A stretch of DNA of 64,000 nucleotides from Macrostomum hystrix (taxonomy: Eukaryota > Animalia > Platyhelminthes), in NCBI GenBank assembly GCA_950097015.1, contig CATNEN010000038.1:9052001-9116000 (forward strand), read 5' to 3'. Both the position numbers and the translations under genes were made by a program. Numbering within the stretch: position 1 is the first letter of the stretch; every line of letters begins with the position of its first letter. The notes under the pieces were generated by a model. It was given only the letters and a program-made list of their open reading frames with translations. It ran no database searches and was not told the origin of the DNA. Below, one piece after another: positions 11,946 to 24,015 of this stretch.

Positions 11946-14353
11946 ATGTCAGCCTCTGACACGGCGGCCAGAGGTGTGGGCAGTCACGGCGGGGTCCTTG
12001 ACCAATCATCGTCTGCTGACCTGCCGGGCCAATCTATGTCCCTGAACCTGGAGCCTCTGTTGAACAGCCTGCAGCAGCATTCCAGCATCCATAGCAACAA
12101 TGCCAACAACATAAATGCTGGTTTAGGAGGCGGGGCAGATTCAGCAGCTCCTGGGACGCCAGCTGGAGTAAATATCGCAGCCAATCAGCAAGCGAAGGAC
12201 TTTCTGAAGATGATTCTGCCTTCAGTGCCGTTTCTGCTGCTGCTAGCTTTGAAGTTTCTCTTCGATCACAAGGTTTGTGCCTTGAAGCTCCCGGTGGAAA
12301 TTATACCATTAGAACCTACTCTGCTAGCTTATTAGTAAAATTATCTCTTCAAACGCCTTGTTTCGATATTCCTTGTTTCTCTTCAAATCGCTCAAACGAT
12401 TCTCTAACTACTCAAACGCTTCTTTAACTACTCAAACCGTTCTCTAACTACTCAAACGCTTCTCTAACTACTCAAACGCTTCTCTAACTACTCAAACGCT
12501 TCTCTAACTGCTCAAACGCTTCTATAACTACTCAAACGCTTCTCTAACTACTCAAACGCTTCTTTAACTACTCAAACAGTTCTGTAACTACTCAAACGCT
12601 TCTTTAACTACTCAAACAGTTCTCTAACTACTCAAACGCCTCTCTAACTACTCAAACGCTTCTCTAACTACTCAAACGCTTCTTTAACTACTCAAACAGT
12701 TCTGTAACTACTCAAACGCTTCTTTAACTACTCAAACAGTTCTCTAACAACTCAAACGCCTCTCTAACTACTCAAACGCTTCTCTAACTACTCAAACGCT
12801 TCTCTAACTACTCAAACGCTTCTCTAACTACTCAAACAGTTCTCTAACTACTCAAACGCTTCTCTAACGACTGAAACGCTTCTCTAACTACTCAAACGCT
12901 TCTCTAACTACTCAAACGATTCTGTAACAACTCAACTATTTTTAAACACTCAAAGCGACTTTTTAGTCTCACCTGAGACGCACGAGACACGTGTTAAAAG
13001 CATTGTGGGTCGGTAATTAGCATTAATTATGAACGAAAACTCTGATTCAGTCTTTAGTGAGGGATTGTTAGAATGCCTTAGAACGCTACTGCAGTTAGCC
13101 GTGACACTTTACTGACTCAGGTTGGCCTTTTGCTGTTTGCCATCCTCTTCATTGTGTTCGTCAAATGCAACGAGCTGGTGGTTCGTCTCATTGGCAACAG
13201 CCGGTCTGCAGCCGCTTCGTGCTCAGCCACCCAGTCTTCGGAGCGTCTCACAATGATTTCTGTTCGCTGCCAGGCGGGCTGTCTCTGCCTGCTGTGCGCT
13301 GCTTGCGTGGCCCTGGTTCTGTACATATTCAGCGAGCAGTCACTGTGGCTCTGCCTGCTTTGCCTGCCACCGACACTGCCCAGCTTCGGCTTCTGGAGTC
13401 TGCTATTCACGGTCACTGTCACCGACATGCTACTCAAATTTATTGCCATGTCTGTCAAACTGGCCTTCTTATGCCTGCTGACTAATAGCTTGTCCTGCGT
13501 CACTCTAGCCAGGATGTACATTATCACTGAGAGATTCTACGTGGTGTACAGGCAGTTTGTGCCAATCGGTGTCTGGTATGCTACATTGCTGTCTGGGGCC
13601 GGATCAGAGTCTCTGAGCATCTACACCATCCTGCTGGTCATAGCCTACGGAATCTTTAAAGTGAGTTTACTCTCAGCTGCAATGTGATCACAGTGATTGA
13701 CAGCTGCAATGTGATCACAGTGATTGACAGCTGCAGTGTCACAATTATTGACAGCTGCACCGTCATAGTGATTAACAGCTGCAATATCACAGTGATTGAC
13801 AGCCACGTTGTCACAGTGATTGACAGCTGCAATGTCACAGTGATTGACAGCTGCAGTGTCATAATTATTGACAGCTGCAGTGTCACAATTATTGACAGCT
13901 GCACCGTCACAGTGATTGACAGCTGCAATATCACAATTATTGACAGCTGCACCGTCACAGTGATTGACAGCTGCAATGTCACAGTGATTGACAGCTCACT
14001 CTAACTCTGATGTCCCGCAGGTGCACAGCCTCTACGTGTCAGCTCTGCCTCAGTTGTGGTTGCTGATCGATCTGATTCAATCACCTTACCTGTTTGCCAC
14101 ATCATCTGGCAGATCCATTGCGGCCGCGCGCCAAAATGAAATCACCGACTGTCCGATCTGCCAAGAGGCGGTGCGCGATGTTGTCCGACTGCCCTGCCAG
14201 CACGCCTTCTGTCTAGGCTGTTTGCTCCGCTGGCTGTCACAGTCGCGCACCTGCCCGATGTGTCGCCAGGCGGTGGCAACCCCGATGCCAGGCAGTCAAG
14301 ACGCCCTGGCCTGCCTGGATGGCTCCACGTCATCAGGGATTCAAATCTACTGA
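11946..14353 (+). CDS. RNFT1/2: RING finger and transmembrane domain protein (RNFT1/RNFT2 family E3 ligase), 3 exons
   Basis: Exons 11946-12272, 13121-13660, 14021-14353, phase 0. Several TM segments, C3HC4 RING CPICQE...LPCQHAFCLGC...TCPMCR, and C-terminal DGSTS..IQIY motif typical of RNFT. Confidence 0.88.
12390..12935. repeat. 20-bp minisatellite in RNFT intron 1
   Basis: CTCAAACGCTTCTCTAACTA, ~27 copies. Confidence 0.95.
13673..13997. repeat. 24-bp minisatellite in RNFT intron 2
   Basis: ACAGCTGCAATGTCACAGTGATTG, ~13 copies; fills ~90% of the intron. Confidence 0.95.
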
Positions 14354-14609
14354 ACCTAACAATGCTGGGTACATATTATGTACTTTCCGCATCATCATGT
14401 GCACTTTCAGCGTAAAGAATTATAGGATAAATATTTTTACCTTTTTAGACCAAGTGGATTAAGGTTGTCGCAGTCTTTTCTTGTTAACATCCCAGTCATT
14501 TCTTGCCCGAAATAAATTCTCAGTTTAATTTGTTTTGTTTATTTTTCATTGAGACATCATTGATTTTCTTGATGTAAAGATAAAACTTCGGTTGAGTCGT
14601 ATTAGGCCA

Positions 14610-15475
14610 TACAGTCCAGGCACCAGGCCCAAAATAGACTCTACGGTCCAGGCACCAGGAACATAATAGACTCTATGGTTCAGGCACCAGGCTCATTATA
14701 GACTATGGTCCAGGCACCAGGCCCATAATAGACTCTATGGTCCAGGCACCAGGCACATAATAGACTCTATGGTCCAGGAACCAGGCCCATAATAGACTCT
14801 ATGGTCCAGGCACCAGGCCCAAAATAGACTCTACGGTCCAGGCACCAGGAACATAATAGACTCTATGGTTCAGGCACCAGGCTCATTATAGACTATGGTC
14901 CAGGCACCAGGCCCATAATAGACTCTATGGTCCAGGCACCAGGCACATAATAGACTCTATGGTCCAGGAACCAGGCCCATAATAGACTCTATGGTCCAGG
15001 CACCAGGCCCATAATAGACTCTACGGTCCAGGCACCAGGAACATAATAGACTCTATGGTTCAGGCACCAGGCTCATTATAGACTATGGTCCAGGCACCAG
15101 GCACATAATAGACTCTATGGTCCAGGAACCAGGCCCATAATAGACTCTATGGTCCAGGCACCAGGAACATAATAGACTATGGTCCAGGCACGAGCTCATT
15201 ATAGACTATGGTCCAGGCACCAGGCTCATAATAGACTATGGTCCAGGCACCAGGAACATAATAGACTATGGTCCAGGCACCAGGCTCATTATAGACTATG
15301 GTCCAGGCACCAGGAACATAATAGACTATGGTCCAGGCACCAGGCTCATTATAGACTATGGACCAGGCACCAGGCTGATAATTTATTCTACGGTCTAGGC
15401 CCCGAATTCGAACTTCGGACCTCTCGATCAGTGTGGCCGTTATTTACCAAAAACAAACTGTTCTATTTTCGCATA
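14610..15475 (-). mobile_element. tRNA-like-headed element with 30-32-bp minisatellite, copy 1
   Basis: Array GGTCCAGGCACCAGGAACATAATAGACT(CT)AT at 14610-15372 plus a ~100-bp unique segment 15373-15475 that is repeated at 17371-17471. Minus strand has a B-box-like GAAGTTCGAATTC. Confidence 0.65.
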
Positions 15476-15851
15476 CGCTCGTCACTGTACTAACTTCGCC
15501 CAGTAGTTTGTACGTGCGCAAATTCATTATTTGTGATCGTGTAAATTTTCTCTCGCCAGTTGCGAATCGAACTTCGATATTTTATTATTATTTTGTTCTT
15601 TATTATTGTTTACCTGCGCTTTGGTGTTATTCTTTCCTGGCCAGCCAGCGAAGCTGTGCCTACCTCGCAACGGGTGCCTACCTGCTATTCAGAGTTTTAA
15701 ATGTTTGCTTTCTCACTTTATTATTCTATTTCATTATTCTTTTCTTATTATTTTGTATTAGGCCTGCCCATATCGGTTGGATTCGTGAGTTTGTGTGAGA
15801 TTAAAGATGAATGGGGAAGATATTTGAATATGTGTGTGAAGTAGATAGGAC

Positions 15852-16228
15852 GATTCGGCTCGATAAATTGGCAGATTCAGCTTGATAAATTGGCAGATTC
15901 AGCTCGATAAATTGGCAGATTCAGCTCGATAAATTGGCAGATTCAGCTCGATAAATTGGCAGATTCAGCTCAATAAATTGGCAGATTCGGCTCAGTGAAT
16001 TGGCAGATTAAGCTCGATAAATTGGCAGATTCGGCTCAGTGAATTGGCAGATTCAGCTCAGTAGATTGGCAGATTCGGCTCAGTATATTGGCAGATTCGT
16101 TTCATTAAATTGGCAGATTCGGCTCAGTATATTGGCAGATTCGGCTCAGTAAATTGGCAGATTCAGCTCAGTAGATTGGCAGATTCGGCTCAGTAGATTG
16201 GCAGATTCGGTTGAATAGATTGGCAGAT
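15852..16228. repeat. 22-bp minisatellite just upstream of ADPGK-like start
   Basis: GATAAATTGGCAGATTCAGCTC, ~17 copies. Confidence 0.93.
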
Positions 16229-16259
16229 AAGGAACCCTTTTCAGCACTCTTTGAACAGT

Positions 16260-19200
16260 ATGGGCTTAAGTTCGCAAGCCCCAACATTTCAGGGCAACCC
16301 TCAGCGCCTGATTTGCTGCGCAGCGGCTGTGGCCCTGCTGGCTTCACTTGCCGCCTATTGGCTAGCGGCTCGCCAACAGGCCAGCCAATCAGCGGCGTCG
16401 GATGCCGCTGCAGACGCGGCCGCGCTAACCGCCGATTCGCTGGCTCGCCTAACAGCCAGGGCGGAGGAGCGCCGGGCCGGTCAGTCGAGACGGACTCGAG
16501 TCGCCGTGGGACTGGGCGCCAATGCTGACGTGAGAGCCAGCGCAGACCGGTTCCTGGCCCTGCTGGCCGCTCTGGGAGCTCGCCACCTCGCCAACGGCAA
16601 CAAGCGAATTGCCAAGTTAGTGTCTAGGGGGTCGGTTGCAGAGCTGTCTAACGCGTTTGCCTCTCGCGCCAAGGTCCCTGAGCTCGATTCCGCGGCGAGG
16701 CCACATTCATTTAGGGCGCAGCCGCGGAGAGAAGGCTTGGGGGCTTGTCGTGCGCAATTTACGTCCTTTGAGGGCCAACCTACAAGGCACAGTGAAAGTT
16801 GACACTGCCTGACGATGAGAAAGTCAGGGCAGATGTGCACACCTGTGTGAACGTGTGCCTGCGTACAGTTATCTGTGTGCGTGTGTGCTCAGGAGTCAGC
16901 GAAATGGGCAGAATGGCCTCCTCGTTGGCTGCGGGCCTAGTGTCATCAAATGATGGTCCGCTGCCCGCAGCCCTCCAGCAATTATTATTATTGGTGTCTC
17001 CCAGGTCCCAGATCCTACATCCCAAATAAATACCATTTGGCCAGATGTACAGTCCGTGGACTGGGAGGGTCTACGGTCCAGGCACCAGGAACATAATAGA
17101 CTCTACGGTCCAGGCACCAGGAACATAATAGACTCTATGGTTCTGGCACCAGGAACATAATAGACTCTATGGTTCTGGCACCAGGAACATAATAGACTCT
17201 ATGGTTCTGGCACCAGGAACATAATAGACTCTATGGTTCTGGCACCAGGAACATAATAGACTCTATGGTTCTGGCACCAGGAACATAATAGACTATGGTC
17301 CAGGCACCAGGCTCATTATAGACTATGGTCCAGGCACCAGGCTCATTATAGACTATGGACCAGGCACCAAGCTGATGATTTATTCTACGGTCTAGGCCCC
17401 GAATTCGAACTTCGGACCTCTCGATCAGTGTGGCCGTTATTTACCAAAACAAACTGTTCTATTTTCGCATATCCGCGAATCTTGTTCCCAATCCATTTTT
17501 TACCCCACCTGAATCTGGTGAGTAATTGATTTCCTTAGGCTGGGATACCCCCGTGATTTTTCTACTGTTAAAGCCAAAAGTTCGCCTCACCGTTTCCATG
17601 AACGCTAGGCTGCAGACGGCAGCCGACATTGTCGCCGATTTTCGACACCGCGGCGCCGAGGTTGCCTGGGAGCGGCACCTTCACAATGCCAGCCTGTTCG
17701 CCGAGCTGATCGACGGTCTCATTGGCTCCAGCCGAGACTCCGGGCACCGGGTGTCCTTAGGCGGCTGCCCGGTTCGTCTGGCCAACTTGCTGGCCGGTCA
17801 GGGCTGCGAGGCCGTCCTCGGAGCTGGCCGGGCGGCCGGAAGGATGCGCGACCGGCTGGCCGAGGGCGTCTCGCTTGCCAGCGTAGCTGCTGGCACCGAG
17901 GCTGAGAAACAGGTGGACAATGACGACTACAGGTGAGCTGGCTCACCCACTGACCCACTGACACACTGGCTTACTGACCCACTAACCCACTGACTTGCTC
18001 ACCCACTGACCCACTGACTTGCTCACCCACTGACCCACTGACTTGCTCACCCACTGACTTGCTGACCCACTGACTTGCTAACCCACTGACTTGCTGACCC
18101 ACTGACTTGGTTTCCTACTGACTTGCTGACCCACTGACTTACTGACCCACTGACTTGCTGACCCACTGACTTGCTGACCCACTGACTTACTGACCCTCTG
18201 ACTTGCTAACCCACTGACTTGCTGACCCACTGACTTGGTTTCCTACTGACTTGCTGACCCACTGACTTACTGACCCACTGACTTGCTGACCCACTGACTT
18301 GCTGACCCACCACTGACTTACTGACCCTCTGACTTACTGACCCACTGACTTGCTGACCCACTGACTTGCTAACCCACTGACTTGCTGACCCACTGACTTG
18401 CTGACCCACTGACTTACTGACCCTCTGACTTCTAACCCACTGACCCACTGACTTACTGACCCACTGAATTACTGACCCACTGAATTACTGACCCACTGAC
18501 CCACTGACTCGCTGACTTGCCGACCCCTCGCCCCGCAGGCTGTTGGTGGAGCAGGCGGACCCGGTCACCGGTGCTCACAGCTGGTACGCCCTCCGCCGCA
18601 GCAAATGGAACGCCCAGCTGTCCAGCCTTCGCTCCTGGCAGTCGCGCATGGAGCAATTCCAGCCGGACCTGCTGGTGCTGGCCGGTCTCCAGGCCATGTA
18701 CGATCATCCATTTGCCGCAGCCGGCTATCCGCGCGAGCGCCTCTCGCACCTTGTTGAATTCCTGGCCGCCAGCGGGCGGGTGAAGACACACCTGCACCTG
18801 CCGCCTCTGTCAGGCGATGCCAGCTTCGCCCAACTCATGCTGGAATTCGTGGTGCCCTACGCTGACTCCGTGTTCCTGGACGGCCGCTCTCTGGTGGCTC
18901 TGCTCGGTGTCATGGAGACCGGGAATCCGGCCTCTCTGCCGGCTGAGCCGCGGACTGTCACGGCTGGCCTGGACCTGCTGCGGAAGCTGTACAGCGTGCT
19001 GCGATCCACCTCCGTGATGAACGGTCGGAGGAAGGTCAGCCGGCTGCACCTGCGCAGTCAGCTGGGCTACCAGGCGGTTCTTGTCACTCACCGGTGAGAC
19101 TTGAGCACTTTTTATTTACTGGATCGTCTGAGTACTGGGCAGTGCCAGTCTGTGTACTGGAACAGTGCCAGTCTGTGTACTGGAACAGTGCCAGTCTGTG

Positions 19201-19902
19201 TACTGGAACAGTGCCAATCTGTGTACTGGAACAGTGCCAGTCTGTGTACTGGAACAGTGCCAGTCTGTTTACTAGAACAGTGCCAGTCTGTGTACTAGAA
19301 CTGTGCCAGTCTGTGTACTGGAACAGTGCCAGTCTGTGTACTAGAACAGTGCCAGTCTGTGTACTAGAACAGTGCCAGTCTGTGTACTAGAACAGTGCCA
19401 GTCTGTGTACTAGAACAGTGCCAGTCTGTACTAGAACAGTGCCAGTCTGTACATTCCGGCAGCTTCTGCTATCCACAGATCTGGCTGGCCGGACCCTGAA
19501 TCCGCGGTGGCCGCCGGAGCGCTGGCCGCCTACAGAACCGCCTGCGGTCGGCATGACGATCCGGATAGTCGGCGACGTCGGCGACGCATTCGGCCCCGCT
19601 TGCTCGGCGACGCGCCGGCTAGTGCCGACGCTGATGACCGCGGCTTTAACTTCGGCTTCGCCAAGAGCCACCAGCCGGACTTCTTCGACAACTGGCTGGC
19701 CCTGAATGCCAGTCGGCCCGTCGGCTGCTGGACAGAGTCGCCCGACTTCACCGTCTGCCTGGCGCTAGCTCCTACCTGCGTCGGCGCAGGCGGCGGCACG
19801 GCCGTTGTCGATGCCGGAGAGGCTGGTTTCGCCGCTGAGGCGGCCGCCCTTGCTGCCCAGTCTGGCCCGACCGAGCCCGTCACGTTCCAGCCGCCTGCCT
19901 GA
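16260..19902 (+). CDS. ADPGK: ADP-dependent glucokinase-like protein (probably catalytically degenerate), 4 exons
   Basis: Exons 16260-16615, 17609-17932, 18539-19093, 19479-19902, all phase 2. N-terminal TM anchor; RVAVGLGANADV, FQPDLLVLAGLQ, AVAAGALAAYRTAC and LNASRPVGCW match the ADPGK family as recalled. Confidence 0.82.
16627..16992 (+). mobile_element. tRNA-derived SINE family A, full length
   Basis: A/B-box-like head (GCAGAGC..., GAGCTCGATTC), shared body and (ATT)n tail; homologous to 8 other copies in the window. Confidence 0.88.
17070..17471 (-). mobile_element. tRNA-like-headed element with minisatellite, copy 2
   Basis: Same repeat unit and same ~100-bp unique end as 14610-15475, with a shorter array. 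Confidence 0.65.
17936..18517. repeat. 16-bp (8+8) minisatellite filling ADPGK intron 2
   Basis: CTGACCCACTGACTTG, ~35 copies. Confidence 0.95.
19130..19452. repeat. 23-bp minisatellite in ADPGK intron 3
   Basis: GAACAGTGCCAGTCTGTGTACT(G/A), ~14 copies. Confidence 0.95.
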
Positions 19903-19959
19903 GCTGCTGATTGACTGGCAGATTGACCAATCAGAGACTGCCATTGTGAAAGTCTATGT

Positions 19960-20490
19960 CAGGGGTGGGCAAACTCCGGCCCGCGGGCCAGATGCGGCCC
20001 TCGAAGCTCCCAAATCCGGCCCGTTGCCCCTTCTGACATCTACAGTGTCCTGTTTCATCTCTCTCGTGTCTAATATCTCCCGTGTCTCATCGCTCTCGTA
20101 TCTAATCTCTTCCCTGTCTTATCTCTCCCGTGTCTAATCTCTCCCGTGTCTCATCGCTCTCGTATCTAATCTCTCCCGTGTCTAATCTCTCCCGTGTCTA
20201 ATCTCTCCCGTGTCTAATTTCTCCCGTGTCTAATCTCTTCCCTGTCTCATCTCTCCCGTGTCTAATCTCTCCCGTGTCTAATTTCTCCCGTGTCTAATCT
20301 CTTCCCTGTCTCATCTCTCCCGTGTCTAATCTCTCCCGTGTCTAATCTCTTCCCTGTCTTATCTCTCCCGTGTCTCATCTCTCCCGTGTCTCATCTCTCC
20401 CCTATCTCATATTTATACAGTCAATGCGGCCCGCTGTCGTCTTTTAGGCTCTCTCTTTGGCCCGCCAGCAAATAAGTTTGCCCACCCCTG
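19960..20490. mobile_element. hAT (Charlie-like) MITE with internal 16-bp satellite, copy 1
   Basis: TIR CAGGGGTGGGCAAAC/GTTTGCCCACCCCTG; 8-bp TSD GTCTATGT at 19952-19959 and 20491-20498; internal TCTCTCCCGTGTCTAA array. Confidence 0.93.
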
Positions 20491-20604
20491 GTCTATGTCA
20501 TAGGCTAAAATTTTGACCATTCTGAAGTTGACTAGATTTAATAAAGTCATAAAAGTACATAAAATTCATAGATTGACCTATAAGGATCATTGAGAGAGTA
20601 ACCT

Positions 20605-20730
20605 AAAATAAGTCATAAAGTTTCCTGAAAATAGTCATAGAGTGGCCTGAAAAAAGTCATAGAGTCGCCTGAAAAGAGTCATAGAGTGGCCTGAAAATAG
20701 TCATAGAGTGGCCTGAAAAGAGTCATAAAG
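20605..20730. repeat. 22-bp minisatellite
   Basis: AGTCATAGAGTGGCCTGAAAA(T/G/A), ~5-6 copies. Confidence 0.8.
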
Positions 20731-21111
20731 TGAAGATTAAAGTGCTGACTTAATGTGGCCTGTTGTAGTGTAAAGTGGCATTTTTAAACTGATGCAATTT
20801 TTTTTAACAACTGGAATGCTCACCCTGTACTAATAAATAATGAACTAAACTTGTCGATGCCATTATATGAATTCAAATGTAAGCTGCCATTATTAAATTA
20901 TTTAATCGATTGCTATTACCTGTTTATCACTCGCTGTGCTGCTTTTGCACCTTTTTATATTCCGTTTTTTTATATATTTTTTGAATTGACTTTTCTGCTT
21001 GTAAATTAATTCTTAACAATCGACTGGCTGAACCGTCTTTAGAATGCATTCCAGCTCTAAACATTTTCATTCTTGTTTTAAATCGCTTCTTTATTTTATA
21101 CTTGCGTTTGA

Positions 21112-22483
21112 ATGTCACTCTACGGTCTGCATCACTGGGGATGTCACTCTACGGTCTGCATCACTGGGGATGTCACTACGGTCTGCGTCACTGGGGATGT
21201 CACTACGGTCTGCGTCACTGGGGATGTCACTACGGTCTGCGTCACTGGGGATGTCACTACGGTCTGCGTCACTGGGGATGTCACTCTACGGTCTGCGTCA
21301 CTGGGGATGTCACTCTACGGTCTGCGTCACTGGGGATGTCACTACGGTCTGCGTCACTGGGGATGTCACTACGGTCTGCGTCACTGGGGATGTCACTAAG
21401 GTCTGCGTCACTGGGGATGTCACTCTACGGTCTGCGTCACTGGGGATGTCACTACGGTCTGCGTCACTGGGGATGTCACTCTACGGTCTGCGTCACTGGG
21501 GATGTCACTCTACGGTCTGCGTCACTGGGGATGTCACTACGGTCTGCGTCACTGGGGATGTCACTACGGTCTGCGTCACTGGGGATGTCACTCTACGGTC
21601 TGCATCACTGGGGATGTCACTACGGTCTGCGTCACTGGGGATGTCACTCTACGGTCTGCGTCACTGGGGATGTCACTCTACGGTCTGCGTCACTGGGGAT
21701 GTCACTACGGTCTGCGTCACTGGGGATGTCACTCTACGGTCTGCGTCACTGGGGATGTCACTACGGTCTGCGTCACTGGGGATGTCACTCTACGGTCTGC
21801 GTCACTGGGGATGTCACTACGGTCTGCGTCACTGGGGATGTCACTACGGTCTGCGTCACTGGGGATGTCACTCTACGGTCTGCGTCACTGGGGATGTCAC
21901 TCTACGGTTTGCGTCACTGGGGATATCACTACGGTCTGCGTCACTGGGGATGTCACTACGGTCTGCGTCACTGGGGATGTCACTCTACGGTCTGTGTCAC
22001 TCGGGATGTCACTACGGTCTGCGTCACTCGGGATGTCACTCTACGGTCTGTGTCACTCGGGATGTCACTCTACGGTCTGCGTCACTCGGGATGTCACTAC
22101 GGTCTTGGTCACTACGGTCTGCGTCACTCGGAATTTCACTCTACGGTCTGTGTCACTCGGGATGTCACTACGGTCTGTGTCACTCGGAATTTCACTCTAC
22201 GGTCTGTGTCACTCGGGATGTCACTACGGTCTGTGTCACTCGGAATGTCACTCTACGGTCTGTTACTCTGAAAGTCACTCTTCGGTCTGTGTCACTCTAC
22301 GCTCTGTGTCACTCGAAATGTCACTCTACGGTCTGTTACTCTGAAAGTCACTCTTCGGTCTGTGTCACTCTACCCTCTGTGTCACTCGAAATGTCACTCT
22401 ACGGTCTGTTACTCTGAAAGTCACTCTTCGGTCTGTGTCACTCTACGCTCTGTGTCACTCGAAATGTCACTCTACGGTCTGTA
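21112..22483. repeat. 27/29-bp intergenic minisatellite
   Basis: GATGTCACT(CT)ACGGTCTGCGTCACTGGG, ~45 copies, diverging towards the right end. Confidence 0.96.
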
Positions 22484-22756
22484 GAAGAAAAGCAATGCCT
22501 ATATTGGTGGTTTCGCCACCAGACACACCGACTAGAATCGTTGAATATCTGGACGATGCTGAGGTTTTGAGATTCTGAAAGCTTTTAATCAGATTTTTTA
22601 AATACCAAAATTTGTCAATTTTACAAAAATGTGATTCATATCTGTATTTTTCGGCAAAACCAGCCTCTTAAACATTTTCTAGGAAAAGTAGTTTCCGTCT
22701 TCACTGTAGCGTCATCTCTCCAAATATTTTTGTTTATCTCTGTCGGTACCACTAGT

Positions 22757-23002
22757 GGGCTGTAGCCTAGTGCTTAGGTGTCCAAGGTCGGCGTTTCGAT
22801 TCCAGACTCCACTGGAACAATTTGTGTCCTTTAGTTAGACACTTAACTCTGCATTGCTTCAGTTCACCCAGCTGTTGAATGGGTACCAGCATTGGCTGGG
22901 ATAATTGAGGGTGGGTGTGGCTGTCCATGGACTGAACAGCCGTACGCAGCTTTCAGATGCGCCGCGCAATAGCTGCGGCTGTGCTGTCGGCTGCACATCT
23001 GA
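22757..23002 (+). mobile_element. tRNA-derived SINE family B (CORE-like domain)
   Basis: TGTAGCCTAGTG A box, TTCGATTCC B box, then TGTGTCCTTTAG...ACACTTAACTCTGCATTGCTTCAGTTCACCCAGCTG; matches 38183-38495. Confidence 0.85.
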
Positions 23003-23095
23003 CCCAACCTATTCAATCGGGGCTTTTAAGTCACATTAAAGCAGTTTTTTGGCGAAAGTTGGTGAGTTTCTCATCGTCCAGGTAGTGTAAGCACT

Positions 23096-23320
23096 GGGGT
23101 GAGTGGCAGTGGGGTCTAACGCTTGTCGTGAAATTTCCGGCCCTGAGGGCCGACCTCCAAGGCACAGTGAGAGTGTACACTGCCTGACGTTGAGAAAGTC
23201 AGGGCAGATGTACACACCTGTGTGAGTGTTTGCCTGCGTACGGTATCTGTGTGCGTGTGTGCTCAGGAGTCAGCAGAATTGCCTCCTCGCTGGCTGCGGG
23301 TCTAGTGTCACGAAATGATG
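23096..23320 (+). mobile_element. SINE family A, internally deleted
   Basis: Head and CTGCCTGAC...GTCAGGGCAG body match the other copies. Confidence 0.85.
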
Positions 23321-23569
23321 AATCTAGAGTGATTTGAGCTCGCTGAGTACTACAGATTTCACCTGAGTTCGGCAATATTTATTTATATTTCTGTGTGTAA
23401 CTACAGCTGAGCAATAAAACATGCAGAAAACGCATTTCTTATAATAATAATTTACGCACTTCAGCCAAGTCACGGATATATTTTATGCTGAAGTAAAACT
23501 GTAATTTTGCTGTTCTAAGATTGCATTATTTAGGAGCGTAATATATTTATTACTACATCTCCTTCGGTA

Positions 23570-23880
23570 GCTCATCTCTCCCCTGTCTCATCTCTCCCCT
23601 GTCTAATCTCTCCCCTGTCTCATCTCTCCCCTGTCTCATCTCTCCCCTGTCTAATATCTCCCCTGTCTAATCTCTCCCCTGTCTAATCTCTCCCCTGTCT
23701 CATCTCTCCCCTGTCTAATCTCTCCCCTGTCTAATCTCTCCCCTGTCTCATCTCTCCCCTGTCTAATCTCTCCCCTGTCTAATCTCTCCCCTGTCTAATC
23801 TCTCCCCTGTCTTATTTCTTTACTTTCTAATTTTTCCCTTGTCTCACCTTGCCACATCTCTCCCCTGTCTTATCTCTTTC
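23570..23880. repeat. 16-bp satellite TCTCTCCCCTGTCT(A/C)A without TIRs
   Basis: Unit differs by 1 nt from the MITE-internal satellite; no MITE ends nearby. Confidence 0.92.
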
Positions 23881-24015
23881 CTTTTGTCTAATCTCAGTTC
23901 CCCGTCTGTCTCAATCACAAATCTCTACTCAAGTTTGTACGCTAGCAATTAAATAAAGGCTAAATTTAGTTTGCCAGCTTGTCAAACGCTGACTTCTCTT
24001 TGCTGAAGAGTCGTC

